Shown here: positions 1-7,887 of the stretch, one piece after another
Layout of the letters: every line of letters begins with the position of its first letter
Position numbering within the stretch: the first letter of the stretch is position 1
DNA from: a virus
Lineage: Duplodnaviria; Caudoviricetes
DNA length: 29,092 bases
IMG/VR virus record: IMGVR_UViG_3300006851_000019
Span: 1-29,092 of that record
Reading direction: 5' to 3' (one strand)
The notes under the pieces: model-generated
Told to the model about the DNA's origin: nothing
Databases searched by the model: none
Seen by the model: the letters and a program-made list of their open reading frames with translations, nothing else
Position numbers and translations under genes: made by a program

Positions 1-1
1 A

Positions 2-262
2 AGACGAGATAAAAGCCAAAGATGGATATTAAATTTAGAAAATAAAGTGACTTTTATACAAGAGCGAATATCTGTCATTGAAAACGAACGAGAGAAAGCT
101 GTCTTAGAATGCATGCTGGACGGAATGAGCATGATCGCAATTAGCAAGCATATGGGGCTGTCTCGTAGACATATTTACAACATAAAAGAAGAAATCGTGT
201 ACAAGATTGCACACTTTGCACAGTTTTCCCAGAAGATGACAAAAGAAAAGCAATGCGGTTAA
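2..262 (+). CDS. Late transcriptional activator (ArpU/RinA-like position, C-terminal HTH), 5'-truncated by the window
   Basis: Frame is open from base 2; HTH-like segment LDGMSMIAISKHMGLSRRHIYNIK; lies just upstream of the packaging module. Confidence 0.65.
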   Translation, partial: RRDKSQRWILNLENKVTFIQERISVIENEREKAVLECMLDGMSMIAISKHMGLSRRHIYNIKEEIVYKIAHFAQFSQKMTKEKQCG

Positions 263-265
263 AAT
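207..265 (+). promoter_or_regulatory. Putative late promoter: TTGCACA direct repeats (207-213, 216-222, degenerate third at 225-231) and -10 TAAAAT (260-265)
   Basis: 9-bp-period repeats at the 3' end of the activator gene, followed by a -10 without an obvious -35, as expected for activator-dependent late promoters. Confidence 0.45.
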
Positions 266-324
266 GTGAGGTAGGCGCGGGGCGGATGTTGACCCCCGGT
301 ATAAAACAGAATATCAATCAGAAT

Positions 325-345
325 GACTCTTTCGGGTCTTTTTTT
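325..345 (+). terminator. Intrinsic terminator
   Basis: GACTC-TTTC-GGGTC stem with one G-U pair, followed by a T run. Confidence 0.6.
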
Positions 346-398
346 GGTATAAAGATATGAATCATATAGGCATAATAAATAACTGGAGGTGCTCCATT

Positions 399-557
399 AT
401 GAAAGACCAATCCACTAAAGAAATTACATCTGAATTGCTTCAGAGGGAAGGGATTAGTCACATAGAAGTAGAACCACATGAAAAAGTAACGATTACAACT
501 GGAACGACTTCAAAAAACATTGAAGGTCCAGCTATAATCGTTATAAATCAAGATTAA
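399..557 (+). CDS. Small phage protein, BC1881-like family (52 aa)
   Basis: SD GGAGGT 385-390 then ATG 399; motif ST.E...EL..REG...I.V.P.....I........GPAII.IN.D. Confidence 0.7.
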   Translation: MKDQSTKEITSELLQREGISHIEVEPHEKVTITTGTTSKNIEGPAIIVINQD

Positions 558-763
558 CCAATTCGCTGGTATCTAAAGGAGTTTTTAATATGTTGATGAT
601 GATAGCTCCCTTTAGATCCAGCGGACATTAAGCCACGATACACACTTTCAGGAACCCCAAAGTAATCATATGTGCCACTATGGAAGCTAATTCGCAAAGT
701 AGCTGATTGTGAATCGTATCCAACAGCTCGAAGGTTTGAGCTTGATACTGGGATCATATTCAT
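554..763 (-). CDS. KTSC-domain protein
   Basis: Canonical KTSC pattern M.PV.SSNL.AVGYD....TL.I.F.SG.Y.Y..VP..VY..LM.A.SKG.Y....IK; SD AAGGAGGT on the minus strand. Confidence 0.9.
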   Translation of the reverse strand: MNMIPVSSSNLRAVGYDSQSATLRISFHSGTYDYFGVPESVYRGLMSAGSKGSYHHQHIKNSFRYQRIG

Positions 764-791
764 ACAATTTGCACCTCCTTCTTATGAAACT

Positions 792-819
792 ATTCAACAA
801 ATAGGTAGTATTTTCCTGT
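792..819 (-). promoter_or_regulatory. Sigma-H-type promoter for the KTSC gene
   Basis: Minus strand ACAGGAAAA..GTTGAAT, i.e. AGGA-N18-GAAT. Confidence 0.65.
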
Positions 820-834
820 TTATTTACTTAATTA

Positions 835-861
835 GCAGGACTTTAGACTCTTTTGTCAAAT
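835..861 (+). promoter_or_regulatory. Sigma-H-type promoter for ORF 882
   Basis: GCAGGACTT..GTCAAAT, i.e. AGGA-N17-AAAT (one mismatch in the -10). Confidence 0.55.
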
Positions 862-881
862 ATTCTGACAGGAGGGATTGC

Positions 882-1121
882 ATGAGTATTATTGACGCTG
901 AAGGCGAATTCCTAGAAAGGCAAGCTGTCGAAACGCTACCTTCTCTTGAGAAAGAAATTTATAAAGACATGATTACAGCTGAAATTTACCAAAAACACAA
1001 CGAAAAAGCAGTGAAAGTTGTAGCTGATTGGCACAACATGACGGAAAAGGAAGTTACTGAATGTATGTTGAGGGTATATGAGTTTATTGAAGAATACATA
1101 CAACAGCATAAAGGGAAATAG
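882..1121 (+). CDS. Hypothetical moron protein (79 aa), possibly helical/HTH-like
   Basis: SD GGAGGG 871-876 then ATG 882; the longer 672 start overlaps the KTSC gene and is unlikely. Confidence 0.75.
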   Translation: MSIIDAEGEFLERQAVETLPSLEKEIYKDMITAEIYQKHNEKAVKVVADWHNMTEKEVTECMLRVYEFIEEYIQQHKGK

Positions 1122-1123
1122 TT

Positions 1124-1150
1124 GCAGGGTAACATCTCTTTTTGTCGAAT
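1124..1150 (+). promoter_or_regulatory. Sigma-H-type promoter for ORF 1187
   Basis: GCAGGGTAA..GTCGAAT, i.e. AGGG-N17-GAAT. Confidence 0.6.
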
Positions 1151-1186
1151 GAAGATATTGAAAGGGGATAAAAGGAGGCTAACTAC

Positions 1187-1408
1187 ATGGAAGTTCATAC
1201 ATTCACTGAAGAAGAATTAAAGGAATGGTTTAAAAAATCATCACATGAATTAAATGAGTATATTGAACTGTTAAGAGACGAAGCATTGAAAGGGAAGACA
1301 GAGGAAGAACAAAAGATAGTAGAAAACTACTATCAAAATGCTAGGAGATATGCAAAAGATTTGCACTCTATTGGTATGCCGAATAGCAGATCAAATAATG
1401 AACAGTAG
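1187..1408 (+). CDS. Hypothetical moron protein (73 aa, helical)
   Basis: SD AAGGAGG, own promoter and downstream terminator. Confidence 0.8.
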   Translation: MEVHTFTEEELKEWFKKSSHELNEYIELLRDEALKGKTEEEQKIVENYYQNARRYAKDLHSIGMPNSRSNNEQ

Positions 1409-1430
1409 TTATATTAACTATCTCAAGGGA

Positions 1431-1458
1431 AGGCACCCAACGCGGTGCTTTTTCTTTT
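1431..1458 (+). terminator. Intrinsic terminator after the morons
   Basis: AGGCACC-CAACGC-GGTGCTT followed by a T-rich tract. Confidence 0.7.
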
Positions 1459-1494
1459 GCCAAAAATACCTATTAGGAGGCGGTGACGATGTAG

Positions 1495-2115
1495 ATGACG
1501 AAACAACCCCATGCAAAAAAGAGATGTGGAGCTAAGACTAGATCGGGCAAACCCTGTAAAAATGGCGCGATGGAAAACGGTCGTTGTCGAATGCACGGAG
1601 GAAAGTCTACAGGCGCCCCTAAACGTAATCAAAACAGTAAAAAACATGGATTCTTTTCTAAATTCATACCCGAAGAAACATTAGAAATTATGGGTAGTTT
1701 GGGTGAGGTTAGCCCGGCTGATTTGATATGGGATCAGATCACGATACAGTACGCTGCCATTATTCGATCGCAAGAAATCATGTTTGTTGAAGATAAGCAC
1801 GACTTCACACAGTTTCTAAAGAAAGATAAAGAGACTGATTTTGCAACGGAAAAAGAATATGAAGTGCAATTTGCTTGGGATAAACAGGCGAGTTTTTTAA
1901 CTGCTCAATCTAGAGCGATGAGCGAACTTAGAAACCTAATAAAACAATTTAACGAAATGGCCCACGATGACGATGAAAGAAAGCTAAAGCTCCAATACAT
2001 GCAGACAAGCATTGATAAAAACAATGCCGAAATAGAGAAAATCAATAAAGAGAACACATCCGAAGCGCCACCAACTATCACCATTGTAGACGAGTGGAGT
2101 GAGGCGGATGAGTAA
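1495..2115 (+). CDS. terS: Terminase small subunit with N-terminal HGGxSTG zinc-finger-like domain
   Basis: [11 protein letters not shown]...[21 protein letters not shown]; [19 protein letters not shown] motif; precedes terL. Confidence 0.9.
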   Translation: MTKQPHAKKRCGAKTRSGKPCKNGAMENGRCRMHGGKSTGAPKRNQNSKKHGFFSKFIPEETLEIMGSLGEVSPADLIWDQITIQYAAIIRSQEIMFVEDKHDFTQFLKKDKETDFATEKEYEVQFAWDKQASFLTAQSRAMSELRNLIKQFNEMAHDDDERKLKLQYMQTSIDKNNAEIEKINKENTSEAPPTITIVDEWSEADE

Positions 2116-3457
2116 ACAGGTCACTGTCAACGTTCAAGAAGAAGTCAATCCGCATTTTAGAGAAGTGTGGACAACAAAGAAGCCATACAACATTCTAAGG
2201 GGCGGTCGTAACTCGTTTAAATCATCCGTGATAGCTTTAAAGCTTGTGTTCATGATGTTGTGGTACTTGAGGCGAGGAGAAAAGGCGAATGTTGTTGTTA
2301 TTCGAAAAGTGGCCAATACGCTAAGGGATTCTGTTTTCTTAAAGATTCAGTGGGCACTTGAAAAGTTTGGCTTGTTAGATCAATTTAATATGACGGTTGC
2401 CCCATTTAAGATTATGCATAAAGGCACCGGATCCACATTCTATTTTTATGGACAGGATGATTTTCAAAAGCTAAAATCTAACGACATTGGCAATATTATA
2501 GCGGTTTGGTACGAAGAAGCTGCCGAATTCGAAAGTCAAGAGGACTTTGACCAGACGAATGTTACTTTTATGCGACAGAAACATCCTCTAGCTGACTTTG
2601 TTTGTATATTTTGGTCGTATAACCCGCCAAGAAACCCTTACCATTGGATAAATGAATGGTCAGACAGTTTGATAGGTGAAGATAACTATCTAGTACATGA
2701 TTCTAGTTATTTGAATGATGAACTAGGTTTCGTAACTGAACAAATGCTACAAGATATCGAACGAGTCAAAAGAAATGATTATGATTATTATCGTTATTTA
2801 TATCTTGGAGAGCCTGTAGGACTTGGAACAAATGTTTATAATATGAATCTATTCAAACCATTAGACGAATTACCGAGCGACGATAGGATTATTGCACTCT
2901 ACTACTCAATCGACGGCGGACACTCTCAATCAGCAACAACGGCAGGCTGTTACGGCTTAACTGCAAAAAGAAAAGTCATCTTGTTGAACACGTATTATTA
3001 CAGTCCAGCTGGAAAGGCGAATAAGAAAGCGCCTAGTGAGCTTTCAAAGGACTTGCATACATTTATCACTAAGACGTCTCAACAAAGCTACTGGCAAGGT
3101 GCTAGGATTATGAATCGTACAATTGATAGTGCGGAGGCAGCGCTTAGGAATCAATACTATAAAGATTATGGACAGCATTTGAATCCTGTTAGCAAGAAAA
3201 AGAAAGTGGATATGATTGATTACCCTACCGACCTGTTAGCGCAAGGTCGTTTTTATTATTTAAAGAATCCATATCCAATCAACATGCCGAATGCAGATAG
3301 TAATGATATTTTCATCGAGGAGCACAAAAAGTTTAGTTGGGACGAGCAAACGATTGATTCAGACAATCCACGAGTCATTGAAGAAAATGACCATACTTGT
3401 GACCAATTTATATATCTATGCTTGTCAAATGCCCGTGATTTCAAATTGAAAGTGTAG
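2108..3457 (+). CDS. terL: Terminase large subunit, PBSX family
   Basis: Walker A GGRNSFKS, Walker B WYEEA, SYNPP, C-terminal nuclease NDHTCD; start at 2108 or 2099. Confidence 0.95.
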   Translation: MSKQVTVNVQEEVNPHFREVWTTKKPYNILRGGRNSFKSSVIALKLVFMMLWYLRRGEKANVVVIRKVANTLRDSVFLKIQWALEKFGLLDQFNMTVAPFKIMHKGTGSTFYFYGQDDFQKLKSNDIGNIIAVWYEEAAEFESQEDFDQTNVTFMRQKHPLADFVCIFWSYNPPRNPYHWINEWSDSLIGEDNYLVHDSSYLNDELGFVTEQMLQDIERVKRNDYDYYRYLYLGEPVGLGTNVYNMNLFKPLDELPSDDRIIALYYSIDGGHSQSATTAGCYGLTAKRKVILLNTYYYSPAGKANKKAPSELSKDLHTFITKTSQQSYWQGARIMNRTIDSAEAALRNQYYKDYGQHLNPVSKKKKVDMIDYPTDLLAQGRFYYLKNPYPINMPNADSNDIFIEEHKKFSWDEQTIDSDNPRVIEENDHTCDQFIYLCLSNARDFKLKV

Positions 3458-3468
3458 GAGGTGAACGT

Positions 3469-5010
3469 GTGAATATCATCGACCGCGTGAAATCTTGGTT
3501 TAAGAAAGGAGGTTACGCTTTGTCAGGACAAACACTAAAATCTATTAACGACCATCCTAAAATAAATATCGAACCAGAAGAGTTAGCACGAATTGAACGT
3601 AATTTACGCCAGTATGAGGGCGAATACCCCCAGATTGAGTACATCAATTCGCATGGCTATTTGAAAAAACGTGATTATATGACGCTGAACATGCGGAAGT
3701 TGAGCGCTGATGTGCTTGCTGGGCTTGTCTTTAATGAACAGTGTGAAGTATACGTCTCAGACGCAAATGACGAAGAAGAGAAGGAGAATAGCTTCCAATC
3801 AGCCCATGAATTTATTCAGCATGTGTTCGAGCATAACAAGTTTAAAAAGAATCTCTCAGACTACTTGGAGCCGATGTTCGCGCTCGGTGGCCTGACTGTT
3901 CGTCCTTATGTCAACGAGTCAGGTGAGATTGAATTTTCTTGGGCAATAGCTAACGCTTTTTATCCTCTCAGAAGCAATAGCAATGGAATTAGTGAAGGTG
4001 TTATGAAATCAGTCACCACAAAAGTAGAGCGGAACAGGACCATTTACTACACGTTGCTAGAGTTTCACGAATGGGAAGGCGACCTTTACGTCATTACCAA
4101 CGAACTTTATAAATCCGACAACAAAGGCGAAATAGGGCAACGAGTACCGTTAAGTGAACTGTATGAGGATTTACAAGAGCGAACGGAGATAACGGGATTG
4201 TCCCGACCGTTATTTAATTACGTGAAGCCGTCTGGGTTTAATAATATTAATCCACGTAGCCCGTTAGGTTTAGGGATTGCCGATAATGCAGTCTCCACGC
4301 TTAAAAAGATTAATGACACATACGATCAGTTCTGGTGGGAGGTTAAGATGGGGCAACGTACAGTGTTTGTCAATGATCAAATGCTAAACACTCTACCAGA
4401 CGAAAGCGGAGCGCCTCCTAAGCAAGTATTTGACCCGGATGTCAATGTTTACAAGTCCATTCATATGGGCGATGACAGCAATCCGGTTAAAGACGTTACT
4501 AACGACATCAGGACCGAGCAGTACACTGCTGCCATAAACCAGTCGCTTAGAACGCTAGAAATGGAATTGAAGTTGTCGGTCGGAACATTCTCCTTTGACG
4601 GCCGAAGCATGAAAACAGCTACTGAGATTGTTAGCGAGAATGATTTGACGTATCGGACCAGGAATGACCATGTGTACGAAGTGGAGCAATTTATCAAGGG
4701 GTTAGTCGTCTCGGTGCTTGAATTGGCAAAGGCTTACGGATTGTTCACTGGTGAAATACCAACATTCGAACACATAGGAGTTGATTTTGATGATGGTGTA
4801 TTCCAGGATAGAGCAGCGTTATTGCGTTTCTATGGTCAGGCTAAAACGTTTGGTTTCATACCGACCACCGAAGCCATTCAACGTATCTTCAAAGTACCGA
4901 AAGAAACCGCCGAGGAATGGCTAGACATGATACAACGAGAAGAAATGGCTATTGACCCTACACAGATTAGCGATGAAGCAGCAAGGCGAATGTTCGGTGA
5001 TGAAGAATGA
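3469..5010 (+). CDS. Portal protein (A118/SPP1 gp6-like)
   Basis: Follows terL, 513 aa; SPLGLGI.DN, GTFSFDG...KTATEIVSEN..TY.TR and VDFDDGVF motifs. Confidence 0.92.
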   Translation: MNIIDRVKSWFKKGGYALSGQTLKSINDHPKINIEPEELARIERNLRQYEGEYPQIEYINSHGYLKKRDYMTLNMRKLSADVLAGLVFNEQCEVYVSDANDEEEKENSFQSAHEFIQHVFEHNKFKKNLSDYLEPMFALGGLTVRPYVNESGEIEFSWAIANAFYPLRSNSNGISEGVMKSVTTKVERNRTIYYTLLEFHEWEGDLYVITNELYKSDNKGEIGQRVPLSELYEDLQERTEITGLSRPLFNYVKPSGFNNINPRSPLGLGIADNAVSTLKKINDTYDQFWWEVKMGQRTVFVNDQMLNTLPDESGAPPKQVFDPDVNVYKSIHMGDDSNPVKDVTNDIRTEQYTAAINQSLRTLEMELKLSVGTFSFDGRSMKTATEIVSENDLTYRTRNDHVYEVEQFIKGLVVSVLELAKAYGLFTGEIPTFEHIGVDFDDGVFQDRAALLRFYGQAKTFGFIPTTEAIQRIFKVPKETAEEWLDMIQREEMAIDPTQISDEAARRMFGDEE

Positions 5011-6188
5011 CGGAGCCGAGACAGCCTAGAGTAACGCCCTATCACTTGGATTTATGGGCAAGCAATATGTCTTATTTATACCAGTCGCTTGAGGGAGAAA
5101 TTGTACGTATTATCATCGACCGATTGAAAGGCGGTTCAGATGACATAACAGCGTGGCAAGCGCAGAAACTATCGGAATTACGTCTTTTTAACAACGATGT
5201 GACGAAGCTCCTTTCCGAAGTTACTAACGTTGCTGAGCCAGAAATACGCCGTATGTTTGAAGAGGCAGGGAACAGAATTGTAGATGATATTGATCGTGCT
5301 ATGCCTTATACCACTCTGCCGAAACCGAACAATCTTGATAACGTCATGAGGGGCTACTATGAGCAGTCCTGGAGCGAAATAAACAACTACGTGAACCAAA
5401 CCCTCATAACGACAAATTACGGTCAAGGGACAGCGCAACGGGCTTATACAGACGTTCTCAACCGGGCGACAGCGATGTTTAACACTGGCTTGTACACGTT
5501 CGAGCAGTCAGTTGAAAAATCTGTCATGGACTTGGCTCAACGTGGGATTAATTCAACGTTTGTCGATAGAGGAGGTAACACTTGGAGCCTTGAACGGTAC
5601 ACCAGAACCGTTTTAAAGTCCACTCTAGGTAACACCTATGACAAAGTGAGAAAAGACCGCATGGCTGATTATGACGTTCATACCGTTGTGGTAACAAGTC
5701 ATGTTGGCGCTAGGGAAGCCTGTTCGCTCATCCAGGGAAATGTTGTCGATTTAAGACAGCCAGGAGAAATGCCACCGGATAGTGAGTATAGAAGCATTTA
5801 TGATCCGTATTGGCAGGCTGATTATGGCGAAGCTTCGGGGCACCGAGGAATTAATTGCCGTCATTTGCACATCCCATTTATACCAGGAGTCAATACAAAC
5901 AATCAGCCGAAATATGACGCCGAATTAAATCAGAGGATAGCAGAAGCACGGGATACACAGCGTCGTATCGAGCGCGAGATTGTTCGCTATAAGAAAAATC
6001 TCATGGTAGCCGAACATTTCGGGAACGATAGCGCTAAATATTGGCGCATGATGGTTTCAAGGAGGCAGAAGGCTATGAGAAATCTATTGACGGGTGAGAA
6101 CGCCGAGTATTTAAGTCGTAACTATAAAAGAGAAAAAGTGTATACTCCATTATCGACACTGTTAGACGACTTTTCTTTTGATAATTAG
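5007..6188 (+). CDS. Minor capsid / head morphogenesis protein
   Basis: Follows the portal; SHVGAREAC..IQG and GINCRH motifs. Confidence 0.88.
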   Translation: MTEPRQPRVTPYHLDLWASNMSYLYQSLEGEIVRIIIDRLKGGSDDITAWQAQKLSELRLFNNDVTKLLSEVTNVAEPEIRRMFEEAGNRIVDDIDRAMPYTTLPKPNNLDNVMRGYYEQSWSEINNYVNQTLITTNYGQGTAQRAYTDVLNRATAMFNTGLYTFEQSVEKSVMDLAQRGINSTFVDRGGNTWSLERYTRTVLKSTLGNTYDKVRKDRMADYDVHTVVVTSHVGAREACSLIQGNVVDLRQPGEMPPDSEYRSIYDPYWQADYGEASGHRGINCRHLHIPFIPGVNTNNQPKYDAELNQRIAEARDTQRRIEREIVRYKKNLMVAEHFGNDSAKYWRMMVSRRQKAMRNLLTGENAEYLSRNYKREKVYTPLSTLLDDFSFDN

Positions 6189-6209
6189 GAGGTGATTCAT
6201 ATCTCGTTG

Positions 6210-6236
6210 GTAGCAGACGTTAGCTACTATTTTTTT
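6210..6236 (+). terminator. Intrinsic terminator upstream of the scaffold gene
   Basis: GTAGC-AGACGTTA-GCTAC followed by TATTTTTTT. Confidence 0.6.
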
Positions 6237-6338
6237 ATGCATAATTTCGTCTTTTTAGCACTTGCAGACGTTAAAGATTCAAGGCGGTTCGTGGTCGTAA
6301 CCCACGTAAAAAAACGTAACCAATGGAGGTAATCACTG

Positions 6339-6908
6339 ATGAACAGAGAGTTTTTAGAAGGATTGGGACTTGAAAAGGAAACTATTGACAAGGTAATGGC
6401 AGAGCACGGGAAGGCACTAAACGCTCATAAGGAAAAAGCTGATAAAGCCGAGGGCTTGGAATCCCAGATTGAGGACTATAAACAGCAACTAGCAGACCGA
6501 GATGAACAGCTCAATGAATTGTCTGAAAAGGCAAGAGGAAACGAGGAATTAACAGCTCAGATTGACGAATTGAAACAGCAGAACGAAACCACCAAAACAG
6601 AATATGAAGAAAAACTGCAACAACAAGCCTTCGAACATAAGCTTGAATCAACTCTCGCTGGTGCAAAGGCGAAGAACGTTAAAGCAGTAAAAGCGTTGCT
6701 GGACTTGGAATCTATCAAGTTGGACGGTGACAAGCTTCTTGGTTTAGATGATCAACTCACCAATTTGAAAGAAAACGAGTCTTATTTGTTTGAGCAAGAA
6801 CAGGAACCGAATCCCTCCCCGCAGATTGTTACGCCAGGCAATCCAGACGGAGGGAAGGGCGGCGGGGATAATGACCCGTTTGCGGCAAAATTGGCTAAAT
6901 ACAATTAA
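6339..6908 (+). CDS. Scaffolding protein (GP20-like)
   Basis: MNREFL..LGL....ID.VMAEHGK start, coiled coil, AKAKN.KAVKALLD...YLF. Confidence 0.92.
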   Translation: MNREFLEGLGLEKETIDKVMAEHGKALNAHKEKADKAEGLESQIEDYKQQLADRDEQLNELSEKARGNEELTAQIDELKQQNETTKTEYEEKLQQQAFEHKLESTLAGAKAKNVKAVKALLDLESIKLDGDKLLGLDDQLTNLKENESYLFEQEQEPNPSPQIVTPGNPDGGKGGGDNDPFAAKLAKYN

Positions 6909-6927
6909 TAGAAAGAGGTAATTTAAA

Positions 6928-7815
6928 ATGCCAACATCAAATAATAATCAAGCAGCACGTAGTTATCAAAAACAATTTAGACAATTATTACAAGCAGTCT
7001 TCCGTACGCAAGCATATTTCCGCGATTTTTTCGGAGGTAATATTGAAGCTCTAGACGGCGTTCAACATAATGAAACAGCTTTTTATGTTAAAACGTCCGA
7101 TATTCCAGTCGTTGTAGGTACTGAATATAACAAAGATACTAACGTCGGGTTTGGTACAGGGACGTCTAATAGCACAAGATTCGGTCCACGAACAGAGATT
7201 ATCTATACAGACACACCAGTTCCTTACACCTGGGAGTGGGTTTATCATGAGGGAATTGACCGACACACTGTAAATAACGATATGCAATCAGCGATTGCTG
7301 ATCGTTTAGATCTGCAGGCTCAGGCTAAAATAAAGCAATTTAATACGCAACATAGTCAGTTTATTTCTAGTGTTGCTGGACATGAAGCGACTGTAGAAGG
7401 ATATAACGAAGATGCTATTCTTGCATTATTTAATGAGCTCTCTAACTACTATGTAAACATCGAGGCGGTTGGAACTAAAGCAGCTAAAGTTACACCTGAA
7501 CTCTATAACGCTATCGTCGATCATCCACTTACGACGAGCGCTAAAAGTTCATCGGCAAACATTGATCAAAATAACATCTTGAACTTCAAAGGTTTCCAAA
7601 TTGAAGAAATCCCTGAATCAATGCTTCAAGAGGGCGATGTTGCTTACACGTATATTACAGGTGTTGGCAAAGCATTTACCGGCATTAATACAGCACGTAC
7701 TATTGAATCAGAGGACTTTGACGGCGTGGCGCTTCAAGGCGCTGGTAAAGCTGGGGAGTTTATACTTGATGACAACAAAAAGGCTGTAGCGAAGGTGACT
7801 TTATCGGGGGAGTAA
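6928..7815 (+). CDS. Major capsid protein
   Basis: Follows the scaffold, 295 aa; ARTIESEDFDGVALQGAGKAG motif; ends LSGE*. Confidence 0.9.
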   Translation: MPTSNNNQAARSYQKQFRQLLQAVFRTQAYFRDFFGGNIEALDGVQHNETAFYVKTSDIPVVVGTEYNKDTNVGFGTGTSNSTRFGPRTEIIYTDTPVPYTWEWVYHEGIDRHTVNNDMQSAIADRLDLQAQAKIKQFNTQHSQFISSVAGHEATVEGYNEDAILALFNELSNYYVNIEAVGTKAAKVTPELYNAIVDHPLTTSAKSSSANIDQNNILNFKGFQIEEIPESMLQEGDVAYTYITGVGKAFTGINTARTIESEDFDGVALQGAGKAGEFILDDNKKAVAKVTLSGE

Positions 7816-7877
7816 TAAACCCCGAAATTGACAATGTCACGCCAACGACTGACGGGGCAGTCATTAATTTAAGATAG
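7804..7877 (+). other. Putative programmed -1 frameshift site (TCG GGG GAG TAA) giving a capsid with C-terminal extension GVINPEIDNVTPTTDGAVINLR
   Basis: -1 frame open 7806-7877; homologous element at the tail-tube gene end; stop overlaps the SD of the next gene. Confidence 0.75.
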
Positions 7878-7887
7878 GAGGGCTTCA

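Noticed and set aside
347-377. Possible forespore sigma-G/F promoter (GTATA..CATAATA) and ATATGA-A-TCATAT palindrome before the BC1881-like gene
   Set aside because: Spacer (19 nt) is off consensus and the region is AT-rich, so a chance match is likely
672-881. N-terminal extension of ORF 672-1121
   Set aside because: Overlaps the KTSC gene on the other strand and two promoters; a strong SD supports ATG 882
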